Shown here piece by piece: positions 44,272 through 59,416 of a DNA stretch of 64,000 nt. The position numbers and the translations under genes were made by a program. A model generated the notes under the pieces. That model did not search any database and was not told the DNA's origin. It saw nothing but the letters and a program-made list of their open reading frames with translations. Location of the stretch: the NCBI GenBank assembly GCA_951406725.2, contig OX597824.1, positions 18,042,001 through 18,106,000 on the forward strand, written 5' to 3'. Source of the stretch: Octopus vulgaris (Eukaryota). Position 1 is the stretch's first letter. Every line of letters starts with the position of its first letter.

Positions 44272-44445
44272 TTTTACATGTTTCGGTTCTTGAAAAAACG
44301 AACCTTATCAAAAACATTTATTATAAAAAGTATAATGGAACAGTTCATAATCGTTACATACATTCAATAGAATCCATGTTCTTGAAAAGACGAACCTTAT
44401 CAAATATATTATATAGTATAATAGAAAAAATCCATAGTCGTTCCT
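44272..44445 (-). repeat. Diverged ~95-bp tandem pair containing a degenerate hammerhead-like motif
   Basis: gttcttgaaaaaacgaaccttatcaaa (44286) and gttcttgaaaagacgaaccttatcaaa (44378). The minus strand of copy 1 reads ttgataa-GGTTC-loop-GAACC-gaaacatgta. Confidence 0.55.
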
Positions 44446-45126
44446 TTACTGTTTTGTCGAGTGTAGAGGAGAAGTTCATTATAGATTTCTTGCTGGTATC
44501 AAAAGGAACCGCTTTTGTGTTACCTTGTGTTACAATGGAAGCAACAGTAGTGATTCTATATACATGAGTTAGTATGTGTGTCTGTGTTCGTGTGCATGTT
44601 TGTGTGGGTCTTAATACAATAGCAACAATTGTCGGCTCTATAAGGTGTTCTGCATAGTTACGTATTTTTTGTTATCAAATACTCAGAATTTCTCGAAATT
44701 CTTCTTAAGCATATTTGGATCTACTTGTCATAGATGAAAGTTTACCTTGAACGTGTACTCTACTTAAATTTACAGGTGTATGACTGTTGAATCTTTTAAA
44801 GCAGATTGCTTTGTTGATATCTGTCCTGAATTTCTTTTTACTCCTAACTATATATATGTGTGTGTGTTTCTGACATACGCTGTTTCGTGTCTATCACCAT
44901 ACAATAAAAGGATTTTTAAAAGACTGTCTTCGTGTTATATTTGGAGCCATTACAACCCTCTGTTTCACAGCGTGATGCCTGAAAGTCGACCAATATCTTA
45001 CATTAATAATTTAGTGATTTCATTCAACATCAATATTGCCGTCAATGATAATAAAACACAGAAAAATTTTGCTAACTGTATGTCATTGGCCAAATGATAT
45101 CATTGTTACAGTTTTAGACATAAATA

Positions 45127-45690
45127 TTGAGTTGTCCGGAAAGTTCGTGCCGATTTATAGTAGCTTGCCTTTCGAGTTACTTTAGAACATGGTTGAGTCC
45201 ATAAAATACGATTTGACTACACCTCCATTTAGAGCACAGTTTGAGCTATCTTTTCGTGGAAGAAGATTTATGTTCATATAACCTGTGTTAATTCTGTAAC
45301 CCTTTAAAATGGAAGATAAGAATGTTCATTTTACGGCACTTGATGCTTTGGGAACCACACAAAAGCTGCTGCAGCTCGGCTGGGATGTGTTACCCCACCC
45401 TCCATATTCACCAGATATTGCTCGTTTGGATTTCCACTTATTCAGGTCTCTGCAGAATAGTCTTAATGGTAAAAATTTCAGTTCCTCGGATGACGTAAAA
45501 AGATACCTTGATGAATTCTTTGCCATGAAACCCCAATTCTGGGAAGAGGGTATTTTCAAGTTAATGGGAAGATGGAGACGCGTTGTACAACAAAATGGTT
45601 CATATTTGGTTGATTAAAAATATAATGGCAAGTATTTATTGACCATTTTCTTTCCTTTAAAAATCGGCACGAACTTTCCAGACAACTCAA
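45127..45690 (+). mobile_element. Internally deleted mariner (Tc1/mariner) element retaining the transposase C-terminus
   Basis: TIRs ttgagttgtccggaaagttcgtgccgattt / aaatcggcacgaactttccagacaactcaa, with TA duplications at 45125-26 and 45691-92. Confidence 0.95.
45309..45617 (+). pseudogene. Mariner transposase deletion derivative: N-terminal 8 aa fused in frame to the C-terminal ~90 aa
   Basis: MEDKNVHF + ...LGWDVLPHPPYSPDIARLDFHLFRSLQNSL...RWRRVVQQNGSY, including the mariner YSPD(L/I)A motif. Confidence 0.92.
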
Positions 45691-45944
45691 TAGCTTGCTG
45701 CTTGATGATTTAGGACGAAGTCAGTGCAACCAATTACTGGTTTGTAAGCATCCATTATTTTGTCGAATCAAGTAGAGACAGCCCTCAAAGTATTGTTGAT
45801 ATATGGATGTAGTACAGGACAACACGCAAGTCATATTCTCGTTTGGAACTGATTAATTTTCCTTTAACAAATATTAAATTATTACGTAAGAACTCATTTA
45901 GTTTACGTCAATAATTCTATTCGGAAACTTGTGACTCAATAATA

Positions 45945-46494
45945 TTGGGTTGTCCGGAAAGTTCGTACCGATTTTTAAATGAAAGAAAAAGAAAAATATC
46001 ATTACACAAGTTTACCAGTTGCTCATGAACGACGGATTTTGATAGGTTGAGGCTTTCTGCCAATTCTCGGGTTATTCTCATTTAATGACTTGATTTGGTC
46101 ATCATCTGTTGTGGATGATCTGCCTGATCGCTCTTTATCAATAAGGCTAAAAGCTCCAGCTCGGAACTTTGCGAACCACTTCCATACAGTTCTTTCGATA
46201 AAGAAACATCACCGTAAAGTGCGCATATTTCTTTGGTTGCTTGTGAGTCATTTGTCCCTTTACGGAAAAAGAAAAGCATCAAATGCCGAAAATGAACTTT
46301 CTCATCTCCCATTTTAAACGGTTACAAAATTAACATAAGTTATATGAACATAAACCTTCTTCCACGAAAAGATAGCTTAAGCTGTGCTCTAAATGAAGGT
46401 GTTGTCAAATCCTATTTTATGGACTCAACCATGTTCTAAAATAAGTCGAAAGTTAAGCTACTATAAATCAGCACGAACTTTCCGAACAACCCAA
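45945..46494 (-). mobile_element. Second internally deleted mariner of the same family, retaining the N-terminal HTH region
   Basis: TIRs ttgggttgtccggaaagttcgtaccgattt / aaatcagcacgaactttccgaacaacccaa with flanking TA. Peptide MGDEKVHFRHLMLFFFRKG...ATKEICALYG, frameshift, then ERTVWKWFAKFRAG...ERSGR. Confidence 0.93.
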
Positions 46495-46747
46495 TATTTT
46501 AATTTCTCGATATTTCAAAAACCTCAATGTTGTTCGTAACAGCTACTAACACATCGATATTTTTATACAGCTTCCCTTATGTTATTCATGCCATTACAGA
46601 TATATATGTGTATTCTTTCACATGCATTTCTTATTACATTATTATGTAAAACAATCTTTCATAAGCAAACATGGCTAATAATTGTCAGAATACCAATCCT
46701 TTACTAAATTGCGCATTAAAGATTTCTACTTCTGGTTCTTTAACTTA

Positions 46748-46796
<49 letters not shown>

Positions 46797-47515
46797 GTGA
46801 ATTTAATTGTCTCAGAACGTTTAGTTTTTAAAGACGAGAATTATCCTATAGATTGGCCTTAGAATTCACTCTACGGTTCCATTGAAACTACTTTGGCATA
46901 TAACTACAGGTTGTTCTCTTTAGTTTCAATCGCCATGTGTAGCTTTCGCAATATGACAATTACCAGCATATTCTGTTAATATTCTCATTATCTACAAACG
47001 TGTGACTATGATTTCTTAAAGTTAATTAATTATTTGAAGGAAATACTATTTCTGTGAAATATTCGAAAAATTTTATTTTGCTCTATAAAATTTTTTCATT
47101 TCTAATTTTATTTTTAATATTTAAAAGAAAATTTCCACTAACGTAATATCCATTGATATATGTTCTAATATTTCAAAAAGTGAAGATTATAATTTCCGTT
47201 GTTGCTTTACCATTTTTACATTTATTTATTTAATTACAAATTTATTTATTTATTTTTCAAAATTGTAAATTAAATACGATCTCTCATTATGTCTATATGT
47301 TTCCGGCATATCTCAACTCAGGATTTTTTCCGGTAGATTTTCTAATTATCAGTTTGTTTTCTGTGCAGATTTTGTTGTCAATATATAATATTACCAAATT
47401 ATAATTCTTCAACATTTATATTTCATATGTCAAATTGTTTAAAAACAAATAATTGAAAAATCTTCAGAATTTGAAAAGCTTTTCTTCTACACTGTTCAAA
47501 CGCACAAGTGTATGT

Positions 47516-47574
<59 letters not shown>

Positions 47575-47589
47575 GATATTATATATATA

Positions 47590-47629
<40 letters not shown>

Positions 47630-47704
47630 GGACGTATGGATGTATGTATTTATCTATCTATATATCTATCTATCTTTATATTTATATAGATATTCTATTA
47701 TATC

Positions 47705-47749
<45 letters not shown>

Positions 47750-48126
47750 GACACACATAAATATTATTTGTGTATATGCATGGATGGATGGATGGATGAG
47801 TCGTTGTATGTGTGCGCCAAGAGAGTTGAAAATGAAAGAAGTTATAATCGGTGCGTAATCGAGAGAGAAAAAGAGTTCATTAACAAATAATGGAGAAAAA
47901 AAAATTATTGTTCGCTGTATTACAATAAGAAGAAAAAAAAGAATGGTTGAAAATAGATTCAAACGAGAGAGAAATCAATATTCGGAAATTTAAATTCGAA
48001 TAAATTCATACAAAAAAACTAGATATTCTTTTTGTAATATTACCATTAATTGTTCTAACCAGTATACCTCGGCTATGCAGCTAGCTTTAATTAACAAAAC
48101 GGCTTTGTTTCGTGTGATTAAATTAA

Positions 48127-48176
<50 letters not shown>

Positions 48177-48195
48177 GTGTGTGTGTGTGTATGTG

Positions 48196-48246
48196 TGTTC
48201 TTTTACTTGTTTCAGTCACTTTAATGCGGCCATGCTGGACCACCAA

Positions 48247-48334
<88 letters not shown>

Positions 48335-48560
48335 ACTTTTATTTTTTACCTTTGCTTATATATCTCCTTTGATCTCTTGTTTTCCTCATTAGACTTTTAG
48401 TCGAACAAATCGAGGTCAATATATTTTTGTTATTGTTGTAGCTTTCAAGCCTGGTATTTATTCTATAGGTATGCTTTGCCGAACCGCCAAGTGATGGAGA
48501 CATAAGAATACCAACACCGGTTGTCAAGCTGTGGAGTCAAACACAATGAGACACACATAC
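48196..48560 (-). mobile_element. SINE family B 3' part, diverged and interrupted by (CT)n(TA)n
   Basis: tcttttacttgtttcagtca...gcggccatgctgga and gccgaaccgc...caacaccggttgtcaagc match the reverse complement of the B tail. Confidence 0.7.
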
Positions 48561-48571
48561 ACACAATCGTG

Positions 48572-48654
<83 letters not shown>

Positions 48655-48664
48655 TCATACATAT

Positions 48665-48751
48665 ACACAAAATTCAAGAAGTCTTTGGACAAATTCCTTC
48701 AAACAGTCCCGGACAAACCACCCACCCCCGGATATGTCTTCGCAAACAATA
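48665..48751 (+). mobile_element. 87-bp copy of the CR1-like LINE 3' coding segment
   Basis: Nearly identical to 49302-49388. Confidence 0.85.
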
Positions 48752-48950
48752 ATTTAAATTTTAAATTTTATAAATTTTACATATTATATTAATTATATTT
48801 ATTTTTATGTTTTGGTTTATGTCTTTCACTGTTTGATTTGCCTAATAGTGGTTTTATATATATTTATAAATATATATCTATACTGTGAAATTTGATTTAA
48901 TCTTAAATCTAATTTTTCCCTGTAAGTTTTGATTTAATCCCTAATATTAT

Positions 48951-49031
<81 letters not shown>

Positions 49032-49034
49032 AAT

Positions 49035-49512
49035 GTCAACTAGAAGAGCTGAAAGTGTATTTACTCCAACGACGCCGTGAACGCTACATTATCTATATGA
49101 TGTGGAGAATATTCCATCAGCACTGTCCAAATGATATTGGCATCACCTTCACAATACATGCAAGACTTTGACCCCGTGGCATGCGTCGACAACAAAAATC
49201 TAAATCGAATCTTATAACAACAATACGGTACAATTATTTCACCTCAATTGGACCTGCTCTCTTCAACATTACAGCAGAACACATCAAAACAGAAACTGAC
49301 CACACAAAATTCAAGAAGTCTTTGGACATATTCCTTCAGACAGTCCCGGACAAACCACCCACACCCGGATATGTCTTCGCAAACAATAACTCTCAGCTAG
49401 AATGGTCCTTGGTGCCCAAATCCTGAATTGAAAGACTTCGCCAGGTGGCGATATGTTAGATATGACCTGGGCCAATACTGGCCAAAAGCTTTCTAGGTTA
49501 TTCTAAGTTAAG

Positions 49513-49515
<3 letters not shown>
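49035..49515 (+). mobile_element. CR1/L2-group LINE 3' end (ORF2 C-terminus plus 3' UTR)
   Basis: LEELKVYLLQRRRERYIIYMMWRI...YFTSIGPALFN...[17 protein letters not shown], then a UTR and a short-repeat tail ctaggttattctaagttaagtt; located between TA tracts. Confidence 0.8.
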
Positions 49516-49557
<42 letters not shown>

Positions 49558-49957
49558 AATATAGATATAGGGGGCTCCGAAAAGTGTCTCAGGGATTACC
49601 ATCACTGCCTTCCTCACCTAGTTTTCCACCACATTTCTTAAAAATTGTGGTAGAGGCCTTGGTCTCAGAGCTACTCATTTCTAAGTAAGGGCATGCTCCT
49701 CGTAGAAAATCCAGCTCCAAGGAAGTCTCATGCCATTGTAGATCCGGCCACACCCGGTAACGGGGACAAAACCCGGATCTAAAACACTGGATGATGATAT
49801 ATATATATATGTAAGTATATATATATATATATATATGGATGTGTGTAAGTATATATATAGGATTTATTTAAAGGACACAGTTCATGTCTTTAAGGGGTAC
49901 CAATAGTTTCATATGTTGAAAAATATCTCAAACATATTCATCAGGTACACGGAACAG

Positions 49958-50440
<483 letters not shown>

Positions 50441-50769
50441 AGGCATCTCCAGATAGATACCGAATTCACCGACAAGACTTTGATCGATCCTACACAATAG
50501 GAGAAGCCATCAGCGTAAGGTGCTTGGCAGTGGGACTGAAACCGAAATTATGTCATTTGGATGGAAGCTTCTTATCAAACGATCACTCCTGCGCTTATAT
50601 ATACTCAAAACTTTTCTAACTCTTCCTAATAAAGCAATTACAAATACAATCCAACACAGTTTGATTTGCGATGAGAATCGAATAGCAAAATCTATCAAAT
50701 AAGAAATATTATCTCGAAATTCACCAAATGGTTTGTTTGCTCAGCTCAATCATCAAAACATATAACGAA

Positions 50770-51112
50770 GTAAAACCGGTAGAGACCCCCTTCGGTCAAG
50801 AACGACAGTGGGATTACACCTAGAAAGTTCCCCTCCGAGGCACAAGTCCAAGAGAGGTTGTTTATGAAAGACAGGCAGTTGCCAATGTATACCAGTTTCT
50901 CCACTCTACGACACTGATTTTACCTATGAGAAAGCAAAATGACGATAAAGCTTGGCATCAGTGACGTCGCAACTCGCTTCTACAGCTGAATGAAGTAGAG
51001 CAACATGAAATAAAGTGCCCTGCTCAAGAGCACAGCGCACAACCCGGTCCGGAAATCGAACTCACTACCTCATGATTGTGAGCCCGACGCTGTAACCATT
51101 GGGGCAAGCGGC
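50770..51112 (-). mobile_element. Old CORE-like tRNA-SINE related to family C, different tail
   Basis: gagcaacatgaaataaagtgccctgctcaagagcacag...ggaaatcgaactc...taaccattgg parallels the family C head and core. Confidence 0.7.
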
Positions 51113-51419
51113 AAGACAACAATTATGCAATTTACAAACTATGATACAACAATAATAAAATCCGCTTCAAATTTTATAATCATCATAATAGCCAGGATCC
51201 TTCTTTTCTACATTCTTCTCTATTATTAGTGATCAGGTGAGGTTGATCGTTAATTACGAACAAGTAAAGGTGGGAATTTTCCGGATTCATCGTTAGTCAT
51301 CATTACCATCGGCACTACCGATGATATTTTTCCCCAATAGAAGTACGGCGTTTGAGGGGGGAAGGGGGATGAGCTTTATATTGTTCATCACTGTTTATGC
51401 CATAATCACTGTCAACACC

Positions 51420-51499
51420 AACATCGCTACAAAAATCATCAACATCATCATCATCATCATCATCCTCCTCATCATCATCATCATCACCACCATCATCAC

Positions 51500-51539
<40 letters not shown>

Positions 51540-51741
51540 GTTATCGTCGTCGTCGTCGTCATCATCATCATCATTATCCTCATCGTCATCGTCGTTATCG
51601 TCTTCGTCGTTATCGTCTTCGTCGTCATCATCATCATCATCGTCATCATCATCATCATCGTTATCGTCGTCGTCATCGTCATCATCATAATCATCATCAT
51701 TATCCTCATCGTCATCGTCGTTATCGTCTTCGTCGTCGTCG

Positions 51742-51785
<44 letters not shown>

Positions 51786-52673
51786 GTCATCGTCATCGTC
51801 GTCGTCGTCGTCGTCGTCATCATCATCATCACCATTAACCTCCTCCTCCTCCTCATCCTTATCATCGTCTTCGTCATCGTCGACGTCGTCATCGTCGTTG
51901 TCATCATCGTCATCATTATCATTATCATCATCATCATTTCTTCCTCATCTACTTACCTGCATCACCATCCTCATCGTTAAACATCATTCTCCTCATCTTC
52001 GTCGTCGTATTTGCTGTTAGTGCCGTCAGCTTCATCAACCCTACCTTTATCATCACAGACACTTCAGCCTCCTTCCCATCGATAATTTCCTCATCTTCTT
52101 CACTACCATCACAATTCCAATTGTTCATCGTCGTCATCGTCCAAAAGAAATATATTTCTTAAAAAGAAATATATTTCTTAAAAAGAAATATATTTCCTTT
52201 GGTGCGTTGACGTCTCGAACAAACATAGAGAGGGGTGTCGAAAAAGAAGGGTATAGTTACCCTTTTAACCTCCATCAACATTATAAGACGAGGCATCAGA
52301 AACATTATTCAGTATCAGCAAAACGATGAACACCGTCATTCCCACACCCAGAAGCAACACAGCCATCATCATCATCATCATCACCTCCATCATTGTCACT
52401 TTTGTCGACATCTTTAAAAGCATCATCAACGTCATTATCATCATCATCATCATCATAATCAGGATTATCATCATCATCGTCACCATCATCATCATCATCA
52501 TCATCATCATCATGATAATCATGATTATCATCATGATAATCATCGTGATCCTCCTCCTCCTCCTCCTCCTCCTCATCATCATCATCATCATCACCTCCAT
52601 CATTGTTACTTTTGTCGACATCTTTAAAATAATCATCATCGTCATTATCATCATCATCATCATCACTATCATC

Positions 52674-52705
<32 letters not shown>

Positions 52706-52965
52706 CATTATCATCATCATGAGCATCATGATCATCATCAAGATAATCATCGTGATCATCATCATCATCAACATCACCTCCATCATTGTCACTTTTGTCG
52801 ACATCTTTAAAATCAACATCATCGTCATTATCATCATAATCATCATCGTCATCATCACCATATTCATCATGATGATGATGATCATCATCATCACCACCAT
52901 TACTGTTATCGTCATTCTCATCATTAATCACTTTCCACATAATCATCAACATCATTATAATTAAC
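51420..52965. repeat. (CAT)n/(CGT)n cryptic microsatellite domain with higher-order repeats
   Basis: cacctccatcattgt(c/t)acttttgtcgacatctttaaaa occurs at about 52383, 52592 and 52774. Confidence 0.95.
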
Positions 52966-53634
52966 AACATCCTCATGTTTCTTCCCCTCTTCCCACTTCT
53001 ACTCCCGATTGCCTAATCGTCCCTTCCCCTCCACCACCACCACCACCACCCCGCTGCATTTTTTCCTCTCCTTGTTTCTTTCCTTCCTCCGCCTCATCAG
53101 CGTTGTCATCGCCGTTCCTACCTATATCTTTGATGAAAAATTATAGAAACATGAAATATGTCACGTTGACAGTGATATTTCCTGTTACTCTTTATTCTTG
53201 TATTAAAATGTAAATACTCTGAACTCCATACGCTATACGCACATACATACATACATACATACATACATACATACATACATACATACATACATACATACAT
53301 ACATACATACAGCAACACTCACACTCATACGCCCACACTCACACAGATATGCACACTCACATACACAACACACATATATATATTTGTGTGTGCGAACGCA
53401 TGTAGATTTGTGTGTGTATATATCCTACCCAATAAATAATATGTACACAGATGCCATACCATAAAATGTACCTATTCAAATGCACATTTAAATGCGATGT
53501 ACATGTCTGAATTTAATTACCATGAATATGTGCGGGTATACATTCATACACACACAAACATACACACATACACAAATATATATATATATATATATATGTA
53601 CGTATGTACAAATATATGTGTGCCCATAATGTAA

Positions 53635-53705
<71 letters not shown>

Positions 53706-53791
53706 AATACATACATATATATTCATACGCATGCATACACTGATCCATACACGCATTCTTACATACATGCATGCATACGTACACACTTTCT

Positions 53792-53853
<62 letters not shown>

Positions 53854-53941
53854 CACAAGCATATATATATATATATATATTCATGTATGTATAAATATAT
53901 ACATATATATATACATACACATACATATGTACACACTCTCT

Positions 53942-53983
<42 letters not shown>

Positions 53984-54604
53984 TGCATATATATATATAT
54001 ACATGTATATATTAAATATATAAATATATATATATATATATACATACATGCATACATATGTACACGCTTGCGCATGTACATGCATACATACATACATACA
54101 TACATGCATACATACATACATACATACATAGACATACAGATTCGCTGGTGAAAACTTGTGAGCCCGACTCATTGCCCATTAAATTCAAAACACAAATACA
54201 CGGAATAAATAAAACATAATAACGACACATTCACAAAGCTAAATGCTTATTATATTTATTACATATTACATTAACGTATAATGCTGTGAAAATATGAATA
54301 AAATCGTATCATTTGATCATATTGAAGTTATTTCTTTATGAATCAACTGTAATACGACATAATAAATCTATAAATTACAATAAAAGCAACTCTGTTATCC
54401 CATTTGAGTTTTTCAGATTATTTTTCATATTTTTTTTCTACAAATGTTTTCGTTGCATTTAATTTTTATTGTTTTGCTTTATCTGTCTTTATTGAAATTC
54501 TGCTGCCTGGACTTTTAGAATAAAAATTGCTTCATATGCATTAGTAAATAATATACATGTATGAAAAGGCCTACGTAGAATCACCACACACGCACGTACG
54601 AAAA

Positions 54605-54733
<129 letters not shown>

Positions 54734-54927
54734 CATGTATACATGCAAACATACATGCATACATATATATATATATATATATATATGATTGTGCGTGCGT
54801 GCATGTATAATGTAAGCATATGTATGTGGCCTGTGTGTGATTTTGTGTTTGTGAATATGGGATGACGTATAATTGGTTTATATACGTATGTACATGTATA
54901 CGTATATATGTATGTGTGTGTAGGTTT

Positions 54928-54962
<35 letters not shown>

Positions 54963-55721
54963 GCGTACGCTGACGTTGTTATTATTTTCTTTCTTTATTT
55001 TTTTTTCAGTTTTGTTTTTATTTTTTATTTGATCAGTGCATATTTCTGATTGATTTCAATGTTATTTAATGACTTTATTTATTACTTATTTATTTATTGT
55101 TTCTTTTGATTTCTGTATATTTGCTCTGATAAGACTTTTATTTTATTTTTTCTTTCTTTATTTTTTGGTTCTTAATAATTTTGTTATATCAAATTTTTTT
55201 TTTACTGCTTTTATATTAATTTCTTCTTTCATATTTTTTTATTCTTATATTTCTTATTTATTTCTGTATTTAAATTATTTCTTGTATGTCATCTATTTAT
55301 CTCGACATATAAAAATCTACAGCCTTTTCTCCTTTTGTTGTTATCTTTTGCCATATTCCCGACTCCACCACGCCATCTTACGTTCAAACTTCTAACTTGT
55401 CATCTGCTCGTTCTTCCCTCATACAAACATACGGATGAAGGTGACACAGACATCGAGGTTTCGTTTGAAAAGCCCAACAATTTTAGCCATTGTTTTATTT
55501 TTCATTTTCATTTCTATATGCAGGGCTATGATAATTATCAGGACTATCGTTGTTGTTGTTGTTATTATTATTATTATCATCATCATCACTATCAACATGA
55601 TCATCATATTGTTGTTGTTATTATCATTATCATTATGATTATTAATATCATTATTATTATTATTATTTCATTGTTGTTGTTGTTATTTCTATCATTATTA
55701 ATAGTAGAAATATTATTATTA

Positions 55722-55785
<64 letters not shown>

Positions 55786-56140
55786 ACGGTTGTTTTGTGT
55801 TGGGGTTGTGTTTATATGGGCTGTGTATTTCCTGTCTATTTTAAACGTTCAATGCTGTGATTTTGATATATTTTACATTCTATTTATTTATTTATTTATT
55901 TATACATTTTTGTTGTTTATGTATTTATATACGTACAAATGCAGACGCATACGGTCAGATAAATGCCTACAGATATAGATTCACATACACACGAGGCTCA
56001 AACACACACGGATATATATATATATAGTACCAATACATACATACATGCATTCATACATACATACGCTACATATACACACCCATAAAGTCAAGCAAACAAA
56101 ACACACAAACACATGCACACATACACATGTACACACACAC

Positions 56141-56189
<49 letters not shown>

Positions 56190-56547
56190 TGTATACGAAA
56201 TATATTATAGCCACCAAAATTCATTCATTACAACTGGTATTGTTTTCGCTATCATTGATGAAGTCTTTGTTCTTTTTTACACAATATTTCTTTTTTAATA
56301 TTTTATTTACTTCTTTCGGTTCTCCTACAGATGTTTTGTTTTTTCTCTAACTGTCTTTGTTCCTTACTTATTTATTTCGTGTGGTTGTTTGTTATGTTGG
56401 TTGGTTGCTAAGTTGAACATACCGCCCTTTATTGCATGATAAATATCACTAATTTTATCTTCAATATAGGTTTGATGTTTCATCTGCTATATGCTTCGAA
56501 TTTATTTAATTATTTTATTTGCATATACATATATAAATATACACACA

Positions 56548-56627
<80 letters not shown>

Positions 56628-56775
56628 ACTACGTACATATACTATATATATTCGTGTATGTGTAACAGTATGAATCCATCAATGTATAAATGTACAGTTT
56701 GATGGTATACATGCATTTATATATATATATACGTATACATATTCATCTATATACATAGATATATATATACGTATG

Positions 56776-56828
<53 letters not shown>

Positions 56829-57171
56829 CATTTATCTATCTATGTATGCAAATTATATATAAGTATATATACCCATGTACAAACACGCATATATGTAAGC
56901 GTATATGCATACGTATTTACGTAAGCATATGTATATATATATACATATATATCCGTGCGTGTGTGCGTGTGTGTGTGAGAGTGTGTGTGTGTGTGTATGA
57001 GAGAGAGAGAGAGAGAGAACGTGTGTATGTGTGTGTGTGGCGTGCATGTAATTCTGCGTGTCTCTTTGTACGTAATAGTGCTTTGGGTTGCATTCTCTTG
57101 TCTCTTTGCTTACACTTTATATTATATATATATATATATACATGTATATATATATATACATGTATATATAC

Positions 57172-57219
<48 letters not shown>

Positions 57220-57228
57220 ATATATATG

Positions 57229-57272
<44 letters not shown>

Positions 57273-57323
57273 TACATATACATAAATATATATACATACA
57301 TATATACATACATATATATATAT

Positions 57324-57400
<77 letters not shown>

Positions 57401-57766
57401 CATATATATATACATATATAAATGGCTCTCCATATATTTTGCCTTCCTTTAAAAGAACTGCATTTTTATTAGAGCATATCAGCCTTTGGCTGTTAATCTT
57501 TTGAGTTCACTCACATCTGAATGCAATTTACAAAATGTTTCTTGAAATCTAAACGGCTTTATCTGCTTTGCTGTTTTTTATGTGTTTATTTTTATTTCAA
57601 GTACGATGCCTTATTTTATATCTTTCAAATGTCTTTTCTTTCTTTCTTTTTTCTTTACTTTATTCATTTTTTTTTTTACTTTCTGTTTATAGTTTTTAAG
57701 CATATGTGCAAATGTGAATTTCAGTAAGTGTCTCTAAAAGATCGCTTAAAAACATCGTATATAGTA

Positions 57767-57825
<59 letters not shown>

Positions 57826-59074
57826 TGGAATATATAAAGCCGATGGACATATATAAGCACGAAAACAAAATAAAAAGCAACAGGAAAACATACACGAAAA
57901 TAAAGCTTCAGAGGAAAAAACTGATGAAAATAGTTTGAAAGTGGGAAGTTAGAAAGAGAGAAGGAGATAAAGTCATGGAGAGGATGAGACACACCAACAC
58001 AAGGAAAAAAAAAAAGAAAGAAAGAAATAGTGAGAAAGTGAGAACGGAAGAGACATGGAGGGCAATAATAGAATGACTCGCTTCCCTTCAAAGCCATTAG
58101 AACAAGTCCTTCATTCCATTCGATGTTGATTGCTTTGACGCTCAGTTGATCCACTCCACAAGGCTGTGAAGATTCAATTTAGATTTTTATCACTGCTTCT
58201 TTTTCCGGAAGTCCATTTGCATGTAGCAATGGACATGTCACAGCCCATTGTTTTCGTAAGCAAGCTTTGACCCTTGGTGCAGTGATAGAAAAACTTGATA
58301 CATGGGTGATAAAATCTGCAATGGCCAACGTTTGTCCGACTCTTATTTTGCATCTTGTACCACATTTTCATTGTGTTCTCAAGCGAAAACAAGCCTGAAG
58401 CATCATAAAACATGGCTGTTACATTTTTTTACGTCTTCATTCGATACAACATTTACTTTCTTTTTACCTCTTTCTGTATTTTGTAAATACGATTTTTTAC
58501 CCCCTTTTTCTACTCTTATTTTTTTTTTCCTTTCCTTTTACCTTCAGAATATTTTATTTTTAGTTTTGATGTATCTCTTCTCCATAGACATAATGTTTTT
58601 CTCTGTGTTTCGTCTTCATTTTCTACCCCTTTCATTTTCTTCTGCTTTACATTTTTTTCTTCTAATTCTTCTTTTTTGCTAACTCTTTTGCTTTCACCAC
58701 TCCTCGTCAGCTTCAGCCACGCTTTCATTTTTTTTTCTTCTTATGTTCTTTCACTTTTACCCTTCTGTTTTATTAAATTACTTTTCGTTTACGTCATATT
58801 TCTTACCCTTACATTGCTAGCGACTACCACCTCATCGCTTTAGTTCTTTTAACACACGCACACACATACAAACACATACACACGCACATACACACAGACA
58901 CACACACACACGGCCACGCACACACATGATCACGCAGACACACAAATACACGCGCGCACACACAGCACGCAGACACACATATATACATAGATAGATAGAC
59001 AGAGAGATAGATAGATCCAATTCATTCCGTTGTATTCTTCACCACTTAATGTCTCTGTTTTATGTGTACGTATG

Positions 59075-59154
<80 letters not shown>

Positions 59155-59362
59155 TAGAAACATATATATACATATATAAAGACACACATATATATATATG
59201 TTATATATATATATGTATATATATGTATGTATAAATATATGTATGTATATATATGTATATATGTGTGTGTATGTATATATGTATGCATATATATATATAC
59301 ATACATATATACATATATATATATACATATATACATACGTATATATATATATGCATACATCT

Positions 59363-59416
<54 letters not shown>

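Noticed and set aside
45309-46312. Possible split functional transposase
   Set aside because: The pieces are on opposite strands, the N-terminal piece is frameshifted, and the first two catalytic Asp regions are absent.
52305-52976. 223-aa Asp-rich ORF with repeated FKDVDKSDNDGG, resembling an acidic biomineral protein
   Set aside because: It is a frame of a (GAT)n microsatellite that is open in several frames on both strands, with no supporting gene structure.
55335-55460. DEGDTDIE|gtttcg microexon-like segment
   Set aside because: No AG acceptor directly upstream (catacgg), so it cannot be supported.
58183-58260. tttag|...|gtaagc exon-like segment (IFITASFSGSPFACSNGHVTAHCF)
   Set aside because: Weak pyrimidine tract and no recognisable homology; such motifs arise by chance.
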